NCBI GenBank assembly: GCA_950097015.1
Contig: CATNEN010000009.1
Location: 682,001 to 746,000, forward strand
Direction: 5' to 3'
Length of the DNA: 64,000 bases
DNA from: Macrostomum hystrix
Taxonomy: Eukaryota > Animalia > Platyhelminthes
The position numbers and the translations under genes are program-made. The notes beneath the pieces were generated by a model. It saw nothing but the letters and a program-made list of their open reading frames with translations. It was not told the DNA's origin and made no database searches. Below are positions 23,601 to 35,428 of this stretch, one piece after another. Position 1 is the stretch's first letter; each line of letters opens with the position of its first letter.

Positions 23601-26600
23601 CAGTGTGTGGCTTCTCCACTGCCCTTCAGTGTGTGGCTTCTCCACTGCCCTTCAGTGTGTGGCTTCTCCACTGCCCTTCAGTGATTGGTGTTGGCTTCTC
23701 CACTGCCCTTCAGTGTGTGGCTTCTCCACTGCCCTTCAGTGTGTGGCTTCTCCACTGCCCTTCAGTGATTGGTGTTGGCTTCTCCACTGCCCTTCAGTGT
23801 GTGGCTTCTCCACTGCCCTTCAGTGTGTGGCTTCTCCACTGCCCTTCAGTGTGTGGCTTCTCCACTGCCCTTCAGTGATTGGTGTTGGCTTCTCCACTGC
23901 CCTTCAGTGTGTGGCTTCTCCACTGCCCTTCAGTGAGTGGTATTGGCTTCTCCACTGCCCTTCAGTGAGTGGTATTGGCTTCTCCACTGCCCTTCAGTGA
24001 GTGGTATTGGCTTCTCCACTGCCCTTCAGTGAGTGGTATTGGCTTCTCCACTGCCCTTCAGTGAGTGGTATTGGCTTCTCCACTGCCCTTCAGTGAGTGG
24101 TATTGGCTTCTCCACTGCCCTTCAGTGAGTGGTATTGGCTTCTCCACTGCCCTTCAGTGAGTGGCTTCTCCACTGCCCTTCAGTGAGTGGCTTCTCCACT
24201 GCCCTTTAGTGAGTGGCTTCTCCACTGCCCTTCAGTGTGTGGTATTGGCTTCTCCACTGCCCTTCAGTGAGTGGCTTCTCCACTGCCCTTCAGTGAGTGG
24301 CTTCTCCACTGCCCTTCAGTGAGTGGCTTCTCCACTGCCCTTCAGTGAGTGGCTTCTCCACTGCCCTTCAGTGAGTGGCTTCTCCACTGCCCTTCAGTGT
24401 GTGGTATTGGCTTCTCCACTGCCCTTCAGTGAGTGGCTTCTCCACTGCCCTTCAGTGAGTGGCTTCTCCACTGCCCTTTAGTGAGTGGCTTCTCCACTGC
24501 CCTTCAGTGAGTGGCTTCTCCACTGCCCTTCAGTGAGTGGCTTCTCCACTGCCCTTCAGTGTGTGGTATTGGCTTCTCCACTGCCCTTCAGTGAGTGGCT
24601 TCTCCACTGCCCTTCAGTGAGTGGCTTCTCCACTGCCCTTCAGTGAGTGGCTTCTCCACTGCCCTTCAGTGTGTGGTATTGGCTTCTCCACTGCCCTTCA
24701 GTGAGTGGCTTCTCCACTGCCCTTCAGTGAGTGGCTTCTCCACTGCCCTTCAGTGAGTGGCTTCTCCACTGCCCTTTAGTGAGTGGCTTCTCCACTGCCC
24801 TTCAGTGAGTGGCTTCTCCACTGCCCTTCAGTGAGTGGCTTCTCCACTGCCCTTTAGTGAGTGGCTTCTCCACTGCCCTTCAGTGAGTGGCTTCTCCACT
24901 GCCCTTCAGTGTGTGGCTTCTCCACTGCCCTTCAGTGTGTGGCTTCTCCACTGCCCTTCAGTGTGTGGCTTCTCCACTGCCCTTCAGTGATTGGTGTTGG
25001 CTTCTCCACTGCCCTTCAGTGTGTGGCTTCTCCACTGCCCTTCAGTGTGTGGCTTCTCCACTGCCCTTCAGTGATTGGTGTTGGCTTCTCCACTGCCCTT
25101 CAGTGTGTGGCTTCTCCACTGCCCTTCAGTGAGTGGTATTGGCTTCTCCACTGCCCTTCAGTGAGTGGTATTGGCTTCTCCACTGCCCTTCAGTGAGTGG
25201 CTTCTCCACTGCCCTTCAGTGTGTGGTATTGGCTTCTCCACTGCCCTTCAGTGTGTGGTATTGGCTTCTCCACTGCCCTTCAGTGAGTGGTATTGGCTTC
25301 TCCACTGCCCTTCAGTGAGTGGCTTCTCCACTGCCCTTCAGTGTGTGGTATTGGCTTCTCCACTGCCCTTCAGTGTGTGGTATTGGCTTCTCCACTGCCC
25401 TTCAGTGTGTGGTATTGGCTTCTCCACTGCCCTTCAGTGTGTGGCTTCTCCACTGCCCTTCAGTGATTGGTGTTGGCTTCTCCACTGCCCTTCAGTGTGT
25501 GGCTTCTCCACTGCCCTTCAGTGAGTGGTATTGGCTTCTCCACTGCCCTTCAGTGAGTGGTATTGGCTTCTCCACTGCCCTTCAGTGAGTGGTATTGGCT
25601 TCTCCACTGCCCTTCAGTGAGTGGCTTCTCCACTGCCCTTCAGTGTGTGGTATTGGCTTCTCCACTGCCCTTTAGTGAGTGGCTTCTCCACTGCCCTTCA
25701 GTGAGTGGCTTCTCCACTGCCCTTCAGTGAGTGGCTTCTCCACTGCCCTTCAGTGAGTGGCTTCTCCACTGCCCTTCAGTGAGTGGCTTCTCCACTGCCC
25801 TTCAGTGAGTGGCTTCTCCACTGCCCTTCAGTGTGTGGCTTCTCCACTGCCCTTCAGTGTGTGGTATTGGCTTCTCCACTGCCCTTCAGTGTGTGGTATT
25901 GGCTTCTCCACTGCCCTTCAGTGTGTGGCTTCTCCACTGCCCTTCAGTGTGTGGTATTGGCTTCTCCACTGCCCTTCAGTGTGTGGTATTGGCTTCTCTA
26001 CTGCCCTTCAGTGTGTGGTATTGGCTTCTCCACTGCCCTTCAGTGTGTGGTATTGGCTTCTCCACTGCCCTTCAGTGAGTGGCTTCTCCACTGCCCTTCA
26101 GTGAGTGGCTTCTCCACTGCCCTTCAGTGTGTGGCTTCTCCACTGCCCTTCAGTGTGTGGTATTGGCTTCTCTACTGCCCTTCAGTGTGTGGTATTGGCT
26201 TCTCCACTGCCCTTCAGTGTGTGGTATTGGCTTCTCCACTGCCCTTCAGTGTGTGGTATTGGCTTCTCTACTGCCCTTCAGTGTGTGGTATTGGCTTCTC
26301 CACTGCCCTTCAGTGTGTGGTATTGGCTTCTCCACTGCCCTTCAGTGTGTGGCTTCTCCACTGCCCTTCAGTGTGTGGTATTGGCTTCTCCACTGCCCTT
26401 CAGTGTGTGGTATTGGCTTCTCTACTGCCCTTCAGTGTGTGGTATTGGCTTCTCCACTGCCCTTCAGTGTGTGGTATTGGCTTCTCTACTGCCCTTCAGT
26501 GTGTGGTATTGGCTTCTCCACTGCCCTTCAGTGTGTGGTATTGGCTTCTCTACTGCCCTTCAGTGTGTGGTATTGGCTTCTCCACTGCCCTTCAGTGTGT

Positions 26601-26652
26601 GGTATTGGCTTCTCTACTGCCCTTCAGTGTGTGGTATTGGCTTCTCCACTGC
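20633..26652. repeat. 6-kb minisatellite of interspersed 26-bp and 32-bp units
   Basis: gtggcttctccactgcccttcagtg(a/t), with or without a tattgg insertion. All ORFs called here are repeat artefacts. Confidence 0.98.
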
Positions 26653-27085
26653 ACATCATTGTTGGCTTCCCTTCTTGCGGGAGAGAAACGGATACAAAGC
26701 CCGATCGGTTTAAACGTTACAATGCTCGGACAAAAATGCATTTAGGCCTGATATTTGAGTAGAACTAATGTGTATGCCAATGAAAAACCCAAACTAAACA
26801 CCCATACTGCATTCACTATATGGCCCGGGATCAGGCAGGCGAACAAGCCATGTCGTGAGGTGTGCTTCAGCAGCGATCATACACAACCTTAGCACAATAT
26901 TTGAGAAGCTTGCAGGCTGCGATCCGAAACAAACAAATTCATGTATGCCAGTTTGTCAGAAAAGAGGTATTCAGACAAAGAGCTGGCAGCACTGAATACA
27001 TTTAAGCGAGGATGCTATCCGCTCTCACGCTGTCTCACTGCCTGCTCAGTGCACCCGTAGGTCCTGTATAGAAATTCTAGAAGGA

Positions 27086-28173
27086 ATGAAGACTTCAAAT
27101 CTTCCCATCTGCTTGCTGCTCTTGATGACATGCGGAGCTGCGGCCGGCTGCGGTGAGCGAGCAGCTCAGTTCGAGCTGCTGGGCAGCGGCTGTCCGTCAA
27201 ACACGACCTCGCTGGCCGGAACTGTGGTGGCAAGCGAGTTCGAGTGCGCGATTCACTGCGGCCTGGACCCCAGCTGCCAGCTGTCCATTTATCTCAGAGG
27301 CAGCTCAGTTTGCATCAAATCATACAAAATCCTCGATGGGGGGTCCCTGACTGGAGCCTGTTACTCCGATATCTTGATGCGTCGGAAGATTGTCTCCAAA
27401 TCGACCATCAACAGCTGGGACTCCTTGAGTTTCTCTTCGCAGTTTGTTCTGTGGTACGACTTCAGGAAGAGCAATGATAATTTCGTTAAGCCGTCAATGT
27501 ACTCTGCGACCCCTGTGAACATCTCCGAGCAGAACTCAATTGATGGTATTCGGCTTCAAGGCTCTAACAGCTCATATCTGATGGTCTCAACTCCGGGATT
27601 TCGTCGATACTTCCATTACGGGCAGAAGTTCAGCTTCTTTTTTGTTGTAAAGTTTAGTCTCGGCTTTAAGTAAGTTTGAAGTCATTAACAAATAATTTTA
27701 GTTTCACATAGATAAGTAGTACATGTGTGCCTTTTAGAAGCAAGTGTATCAGCGCGTTCGTCGACGTTGATACTGGCATGTACTCGAGCGCCATCTACGC
27801 CTCGAGCAGCTCCAGATTGTTCGCCCAGATTTATTTCCCGAACGGCACAACATACAGCAAATTTGTGAACAGCAGCCAGATCCCGAACCTAGTTCAAGTG
27901 CAGCAAACTCTCAGCATTGGAATCAACTACGAAGGCGAGGACTTTGCAACTCCGATGTACCTCAATAACTCCAGTCTGAGTCGCTCTTCGTGGGGTCGAA
28001 GTTACGGAGGAAACGTTCGACTTCTTCCCAATATACACGACACGCTACTCATTGGGATCTGCATGACCAGCGGGGTGGACCCGTTCGATGGCTGGCTGCG
28101 GTGCTGGGGAATGCTGACTGGCAACTTGGACATGGGACAGTTCCAGCAGCTGCAGAGTCTCTGCAATGCCTGA
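27086..28173 (+). CDS. Secreted protein with a PAN/Apple-like Cys domain and a ConA/LamG-like beta domain, 2 exons, 339 aa
   Basis: Exons 27086-27669 and 27738-28173 (68-bp GTAAGT..TAG intron, phase 2). Hydrophobic signal peptide MKTSNLPICLLLLMTCGAAA, then ECAIHCGLDPSCQLSIY..C, VLWYDF, FSFFFVVK, and LLIG..PFDGWLRCW..LxxxQFQQL. Confidence 0.75.
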
Positions 28174-28662
28174 GTAGTACCTGGGCTGTGCAGCCACTGC
28201 GATCGAGTGTTTGGAATTAGTTTCGCCTGGCTACAAGCGTTGTATACAATACAACGCTTCAGTTAACTAATATGCATGACTCAAAAAACTATGACAGCTA
28301 AGTAGAGGGGCCAAAATATACCGATGAGGAGATGCGGATGCCGGGGAGGCATTCATGGCTCATTTGTAATGATTTCTAAGAAAAGGAAGCCGTTTAAAAA
28401 TGGTTTGTAAGGATCTGTGAGATTTAGAATGGAGGCTCCAGACAATCCATGACTTTGTTAATTTGCAGAAATCCAGCTAAATATACCAGAAAATGAGGCA
28501 AACTTGCAATGGACTTGCAAATATGTGCTTATTGTTTCCAAAAGGACTTGTATTATAAATTTGCCAAATGTGGGTTTTAACAATTATTTTTAGTAGCTCT
28601 GCTGTACTACGTCATGGACTGGGAAAAATGTGCTCGCAGTATTAAAATACACTCGTAAGATC

Positions 28663-29353
28663 CTGGGAAGCTTTCTGATCATCGGCTAGCATTCAGGACC
28701 AGGTGGGGCTGGGAAGCTTTCTGATCATCGGCTAGCATTCAGGACCAGGTGGGGCTGGGAAGCTTTCTGATCATCGGCTAGCATTCAGGACCAGGTGGGG
28801 CTGGGAAGCTTTCTGATCATCGGCTAGCATTCTGGACCAGGTGGGGCTGGGAAGCTTTCTGATCATCGGCTAGCATTCAGGAACAAGTGGGGCTGGGAAG
28901 CTTTCTGATCATCGGCTAGCATTCAGGACCAGGTGGGGCTGGGAAGCTTTCTGATCATCGGCTAGCATTCAGGAACAAGTGGGGCTGGGAAGCTTTCTGA
29001 TCATCGGCTAGCATTCAGGAACAAGTGGGGCTGGGAAGCTTTCTGATCATCGGCTAGCATTCAGGAACAAGTGGGGCTGGGAAGCTTTCTGATCATCGTC
29101 TAGCATTCAGGACCAGGTGGGGCTGGGAAGCTTTCTGATCATCGTCTAGCATTCAGGAACAAGTGGGGCTGGGAAGCTTTCTGATCATCGGCTAGCATTC
29201 AGGACCAGGTGGGGCTGGGAAGCTTTCTGATCATCGGCTAGCATTCAGGACCAGGTGGGGCTGGGAAGCTTTCTGATCATCGTCTAGCATTCAGGAACAA
29301 GTGGGGCTGGGAAGCTTTCTGATCATCGGCTAGCATTCAGGAACAAGTGGGGC
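28663..29353. repeat. 46-bp minisatellite, 15 copies
   Basis: Unit ctgggaagctttctgatcatcggctagcattcaggaccaggtgggg, with an aacaag variant. Confidence 0.97.
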
Positions 29354-29676
29354 TTTATGATTGTAAGGCATGACGATTCTGTTGACAATAAACTCTCTGC
29401 ATAGAAAGATTACAGGATGACAGGAGATAAATACAATAGAATGAATCGCTTTTCGTCATGAAAATCTTGTGTTACTGCCCTATCGCAAATCTTTGGAAAA
29501 TTTGAGCATGGAGCAAATTGGTCGTTGGTGTCATTATATTAATTATAATTTGGTGGTGTCATTATAATTTTAATTATGGAAGATATTGAAGTAAATTGAA
29601 GTCTCTGCACTTTTTCGTATCTAATAAACAGCGAGTAAATTTTGGGGCCACCGCCACTCTCAGGTGGTTTCTCAGC

Positions 29677-29901
29677 TCAGCGACCCTGCCCGTGCAGGTG
29701 CCGCAGATTCTGCTCAGCTCGAAGCAGGTTCGCCTGTACTCTGTCCAAATCTAAACTCATCTCTCTGATCATTGCACCGCGAGCTTCAGCGACCTGTGAG
29801 AAGCCGTCCTGCCGGCCGGGCAGCAGCTTCATGGCGGCCCAGATGCCGGCCATGTAGAAGTACACCACAGTCAGCAACAGCGCGGCCTGCCGTCTGTTCA
29901 T
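29677..29901 (-). CDS. Small orphan protein (74 aa): N-terminal hydrophobic helix plus a short coiled coil
   Basis: True ATG, GC3-rich codons, and an upstream acceptor ggctccgcag. MNRRQAALLLTVVYFYMAGIWAAMKLL..MIREMSLDLDRVQANLLRAEQNLRHL. Confidence 0.5.
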   Translation of the reverse strand: MNRRQAALLLTVVYFYMAGIWAAMKLLPGRQDGFSQVAEARGAMIREMSLDLDRVQANLLRAEQNLRHLHGQGR

Positions 29902-30009
29902 TCTTCCAGCTGGCGCCTGCAGGTTGTCTTCCCAGGTGAACCTGCGGAGCCAATGATTGGCAAGGCCTCATAAACAGCAGAATTTAAATGCTTGACTAAA
30001 CTCATGAAA

Positions 30010-30398
30010 CACTATCGATGCACTGAATCACTATCGATGCACTGAATCACTATGGTTGCACTGAATCACAATGGATGCACTGAATCACTATGGTTGCACT
30101 GAATCACAATGGATGGACTGAATCACAATGGATGCACTGAATCACTATGGTTGCACTGAATCACAATGACTGCACTGAATCACTATGGTTGCACTGAATC
30201 ACTATGGTTGCACTGAAACACAATGGATGCACTGAATCACAATGACTGCACTGAATCACAATGACTGCACTGAATCACAATGACTGCACTGAATCACAAT
30301 CACTGCACTGAATCACAATCACTGCACTGAATCACAATGACTGCACTGAATCACAATGACTGCACTGAAACACAATGGATGCACTGAATCACGATGGT
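30010..30398. repeat. 20-bp minisatellite
   Basis: Unit tgcactgaatcacaatgga/gac, about 19 copies. Confidence 0.95.
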
Positions 30399-30991
30399 TA
30401 CTCATAGTCCCGGGAGCTAGACAGGGATCAAAGTTTCCAAGCTACCTGCTCCAAGTGTTTCGTTCGTATCGCACGCACAGAGCTGGACGGGCCGGCCAGT
30501 TGCTGTATCGATTCCAGGCAAGAAAGTTGGCTTAGGTTTCTTCAGCAGCAGTCGGGAGGTGTTTCAATCGGATTGGTAGCTGTTGCCCCCAAACTTCCTG
30601 CCTCCAATGAGATCCCCAGCGGAGGTCAGGCCGTGTTGTGATCTTGAGCAATGCGACCCTTAATCTGCAGTTAGGCAGGCAGAAGAGGCGGTTCGCCGCT
30701 CTCTCGCTGGTCCGCCAGCCGCAGTCTTGTCTGCGCGCATTCCGCATAGCAGCTGTGCGCGCCGCAGAGCTGCGTGGGGGCAGAGGTTTCGGCCAAGCGC
30801 TTGTCCCGTGGGCCAGTGACTTTCAAGGCCGGAAAGTTTCGCCTGTTTGCATGGCATTCATTCGTGAATAATCCCTAACTCATTTCCCCAAAAGTTGCGA
30901 ATGAGCACAATAATCTGCTCATAATCTGGGACATTGCCATTGATTATCGGGGATTTGAAAGTTCGCGAGTTGCAAGTTTATACAAACAGCT

Positions 30992-31265
30992 GGGCTAGTA
31001 GTCTAGTGGTTAGAGCGTCTGACTTAAAGGTCGGGGGTTCGATTCGCGACTCCACTGGAACAGTTTTGTCCTTCAGCAAGATACTTAACTCTGCATTGCT
31101 TCAGTTCACAGAGCTGTTAAATGGGTACCAGCATTAGCAGGGGTAGTTGGGGGCGGGTGTGGCGTCCCTCCAGTCCACGGACTGAACAGCCGTACGCAGC
31201 CTTGAGATGCACCGCGCAACAGCTGCGCATCTGGCCGATTGTGCCGGATGTAATAAAATGATTTT
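30992..31265 (+). mobile_element. tRNA-derived SINE with a CORE-like central domain
   Basis: A box tagtctagtggttagagcg and B box ggttcgattc, then gtccttcagcaagatacttaactctgcattgcttcagttcacagagctgttaaatggg, which resembles the MIR/CORE consensus CCTTGGGCAAGTCACTTAAC..CTCAGT..CTGTAAAATGGG. Ends in AT-rich aataaaatgattttt. Confidence 0.72.
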
Positions 31266-31307
31266 TAACTGTTCTTATTGCAGTTCGTGATTCGAAGGAC
31301 TGAAATT

Positions 31308-32650
31308 ATGTACTTTCCAATTGCCTGCCCTGTAAGTAAGAATCTTTTAAAGTTGTTGGATGATATTTGGCCTGAGATAATATTAAAATAGTTAATTTAC
31401 AGAACAGACAGACTGTGTTGTAAACATGGCTGGCACTAACTCTACAGACATAACCTTTCTATTAATAAAAAATGAGCTTCTTTTTTAATTTAATCCTGAG
31501 TCTCGCTCAATGGGTGCTGACGCTGAGCTTGGCAACAAGCTGCTCGCTAATCGTTCCCTCAATTTTTCGCCACACTTCTGTCCACCGTCCATACCTGTCC
31601 GCCATAGTACAGCCCACTTCACTTTCTCAGGCCAGCAAGTGTGCTCGAGTGCTTTTGCAAGGCTTTGTGCACGAGGACCAGCGTACAGAGGCTGCATTCC
31701 GTCTCTCACTGACCCTGCCCTGCTCTGTTTAGTGCATCAGAACCGACTCAAATGCAGCAGCCCGCAGATTCTTCTGCAGCATCTTTTAACTCGAGAGTCT
31801 GTTGCAGCGCTACTGTCGCGAAGTCTGTTGTTTGCCACTCGTTTGACACAAGGCTGTCCCGACTACCCCGTCCACCCAGATGTCCGCCGCCGCAGTCGCG
31901 TCCTCCTCGGCCCTCCCGGCGCGGCTGCGGATTGGCCGCAAAAAGCCGCACTGGCTGCTGGCGCACGCGCCGGATGCCGAAACCGACGACCCCCTGGCGG
32001 CTCTGCGCCGCTGGCTGACCCAGCTGAGCGACAGTCAGGTCTCCCTGCTAGCCGTGTCCGAGTTCGACTCAGAGTTCCGCCGGTCTCTGGAGCTCCGCCG
32101 ACAGTCCGGAAGACCGGCAACGACAGCCGGGGTGGCAGACTATCACCGAGGTTCCTCTCGGCGATTCGCCAGGTTTCTCGAGCGAGACAGCACGGAGTGG
32201 ACTGGGGTGAATTCCGACTTCGAAGCCGAGAATTTCGATTCAGTTTCCGACTCGGGACCAGCGCCGCCGATGCCTTCCTGGACGTCGGCCCCGGCACCGG
32301 CGCCGGTTCCTGACGATTCTGACCACGCCTCGAAGTCACGAGCCCTCAGCACACTTCAGGCCGTCACAGGCGTCGGCGACTCAAAGCGGTCTCTGGTGGC
32401 GCGCCGCTTCTGCGACTCCGCCTGGCCGCGCACGACGGCGGATTTCGCAAGGCCGCGCAGCGTCGCCTATGGGCAGAACCTCCGCCTGCACCCGGACTTG
32501 GCCGGCGCCATCAGGGCGGGCATCCTGCTGGACCGACCGGCCTTCGAGTGCGTCACTGTCGGCGGGCTCGCCGAGCTGGACCGGCAGCGGCCCAGCCTTG
32601 CGAAGACCAAACACGACCGCGTGGTGGACTGGCTGGAGGAGGCCTGCTGA
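31308..32650 (+). CDS. Uncharacterised protein, about 264 aa, 2 coding exons
   Basis: A GC-rich 257-codon open frame at 31880-32650 starts exactly at acceptor ccacccag|ATG. Upstream mini-exon 31284-31331 (ttattgcag|..ATG TAC TTT CCA ATT GCC TGC CCT|gtaagt) adds MYFPIACP in phase 0. No domain recognised. Confidence 0.62.
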
Positions 32651-33061
32651 GCTATCGAGAGCACCATTGAAATGACCAACTGCTGGGATTGTCCACTCAG
32701 ATGCTCCGTAACCAAATCCAGTCTGTAAATACAATGTTGCCCGATCGCTTTTTTGTGAATGATTCGTCGAGGCTGTTATGAGTCAGGTCGGCGAGTGAGG
32801 CAATGGCAATGAGTTGTCTCTAATGTATTTGTACGGTCTGCGGTGAACATTTTTGATTCGAAAGAGCGGCAGTAAAACAGGTGTACAGATATTTTCTCCA
32901 GAAGCAAGTCAATTAGGCAATGCGGTGGGCGAGTATTTCGCAAATTCTCATATTCGGAATTCGCTGTGAGCGTCCGTTGCATGGAGCGAAGACTCTGGCA
33001 TGAGCTGAGCAGGACTCCAGGTGTGAAACTCAGGCAGCGCCGCAGGTGGTCCCGCAATCGC

Positions 33062-35428
33062 TCAGGTCAAAGGCTCGAGTCTGCAGAGCAGTCTGGTGCC
33101 CGCTGGCTCTGAGTAGTTGCCAACGGCAACATCCAGCGGCTCGGTCTGGGCTGAGGCGGTCTGGTTGCCCGGCACGGGGCGAAGGTAGATCGGGCAGAAG
33201 GAGCCCGGCGGGCAAGCGCACAGCACGGAGCCGCGCACAGCCTCTCCTACCGGACCTGCCGGCTCCCAGAAGCAGGGCTCAGCCTCCTGGCACGTTGGCT
33301 GCGGAGAGAAACAGATTTAGGATGCCTCATTTCCGCCTGATCCCCGCCTGATCCCTGTCTGATCCCCACCTGATCCCTGTCTGATCCCCGCCTGATCCCT
33401 GTCTGATCCCTGTCTGATCCCTGTCTGATCCCCGCCTGATCCCTGTCTGATCCCCACCTGATCCCTGTCTGATCCCCGCCTGATCCCTGTCTGATCCCCG
33501 CCTGATCCCTGTCTGATCCCCGCCTGATCCCCGCCTGATCCCCGCCTGATCTCTGTCTGATCCCCGCCTGATCCCTGTCTGATCCCCGCCTGATCCCTGT
33601 CTGATCCCCGCCTGATCTCTGCCTGATCCCCGCCTGATCCCTGTCAGATCCCCGCCTGATCCCTGTTTGATCCCCGCCTGATCCCTGTCTGATCCCCGCC
33701 TGATCCCCGCCTGATCCCCGCCTGATCCCCCGTGCGATCCCTGTCTGATCCCTGTCTGATCCCCGCCTTATCCCTGTCTGATCCCTGCCTGATCCCCGCC
33801 TGATCTCTGTCTGATTCCCGCCTGATCCCCGCCTGATCCCTGTCTGATCCCCCCTGATCCCCGCCTGATTCCCGCCTGTTAATAAATGAGGTCTAATAAT
33901 ACTTTGAGTCGAAAGGTCAGTAAAAGATAACATGTTGGCCTTTCATCGGGCCTTTCTGAATATTATATTATTTGAAAGGCTAGGACAGAAAGGGGGGGTC
34001 GACAGCGAGGAGAGACAAATGAGGGTATGAAAACCCTGGGGGATGTACATTGGGGTTAACAGGCGATATCGCGCGCAGGGGGAAGGAAAACAAAGTGGGT
34101 GCTGACGCTAGACTGGAGGGAGACAGAGATGAAAGGGACACGGGGGGAAATCGATAATAGATAGAAAGGGCGGGGCTGGCAGATAACCGGGTAAGAAAAA
34201 AGATATATATTACCACACTTGTGAACAGAGAACAGGATTGGCTAATAATAACTCACGATTTTCGCGACACCGCCTGATCCCCGCCTTGTCCCCGCCTGAA
34301 CCCTTGTCTGATCCCCGCCTGATCCCCCTTGTCCCCGCTTGATCCCCGCCTGATCTCGCACCAACCCACCTTGCTGTCGCAGACACCAACCCACCTTGCT
34401 GTCGCAGACACCAACCCACCTTGCTGTCGCAGGCAAACTCCACTATTCTGCTGTCTATCGCAGAGCCATGGGAGCCTGGGGCAGGCCGGGCGTAGACGAA
34501 GCTGCTGATTGAGCTGCCGGGGTGCGCCGGAGTCGCGGTCGCAGGAATCTCTGAGGCCTGCGGAGGCGTCAAGCAGCGACAGAGCGCGGCCTGAAGGTCC
34601 AGCCACCAGCCGATCTGGCGCAGGCGGAAGCTGACCTGACCGCTGGCGCAGGCTGGCAGGCTGGCCGGGCGAACGGCCGAACAGAACTGCAGCTGCATCT
34701 GGCTGTCTCTCACACCTGCACGGCGAGGCGGGGCGATGAGGCTCGAGAAGGAACCCAGCAACAGCCTTAAATTATGCCCAGCATTCATAGAAAAGGCATC
34801 CTGCGGGAACCGAACCCATCTTGTCTCAATCCTTTTGCATTTCGCCAGTGATATCAGATCAGATGAATCCCATTTCATCCGATCCGTGCAATCCCATCCC
34901 ATTTCCATCCGATCCCGTTTCCATTCCATCCCATTTCCATCCCATCCCATTTCCATCCCATCCCATTTCCATCCCATCCCATTTCCATCCCATCCCATTT
35001 CCATCCCATCCCATTTCCATCCCATCGCATTTTCAACCCATCCCATTTCCATCCCATCCCATTTCCATCCCATTCCATTTCTATCCCATCCCACCGAGTT
35101 CAACATACCCAGTCCCGCCCTGCTCCAGCTCACCGTTGGCGCCAATCCACTGAAAGGTCAGCGACTTCTCAGAGCGCCGCCATTGTCGCTCGCAGTCGCT
35201 GCGCTGCTGGCACCGGCAGCGGGACTCGACGTAGACGCCTCCCTTGACGCCCAGCGCAGCGGCCACGTTGCTGCCCCAGAAGCCGCCACGCTCCAGGTAG
35301 GCGCAGGGACAGGCGGCGCCGTCGCTTCGGCGAGACGATGCGCCGAACAGCAGGCGCTCGGGTGATTCGGCCGGGCTGCTCGCGGAAGACCACTGGAGAA
35401 GCAGCGGCAGCAACAGCAGCAGCCTCAT
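33062..35428 (-). CDS. Secreted cysteine-rich Argos/giant-lens-like protein, 3 exons, 275 aa
   Basis: Exons 35428-35134, 34715-34420 and 33298-33062 (828 nt, phase 1,0). Signal peptide MRLLLLLPLLLQWSSA; Cys pattern YVESRCRC..C, QFCSAVRPASLPAC..LCRC..EFACDSK|PTCQEAEPC..SVLCACPPGSFCP..LLC. This parallels Drosophila Argos (ERQCRC..TCQPVHKLPVC..HCRC..LFACS..RCQRKQPC..SLCQCPKGHRCP), recalled from memory. Confidence 0.75.
33333..33878. repeat. 11-bp minisatellite (ctgatccccgc/ctgatccctgt) in Argos-like intron 2; second patch at 34270-34356
   Basis: Direct reading; the source of the spurious GIRRGSDRDQ ORF. Confidence 0.95.
34359..34432 (-). repeat. 25-bp unit x3, each carrying an AAG|GTGGGT splice donor
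   Basis: caccaacccaccttgctgtcgcaga repeated three times at the 3' end of Argos-like exon 2. Confidence 0.9.
34891..35092. repeat. (CCATC/CCATTT) 16-bp low-complexity array in Argos-like intron 1
   Basis: ccatcccatcccattt tandem. Confidence 0.93.

Noticed and set aside
19189-26762. Long ORFs such as TTTAYRLPQPTDYHSL and MASPLPFSEWLLHCPS
   Set aside because: Translations of 17-bp and 26/32-bp arrays; unit lengths shift frame, and one array lies in a SMIM7 intron.
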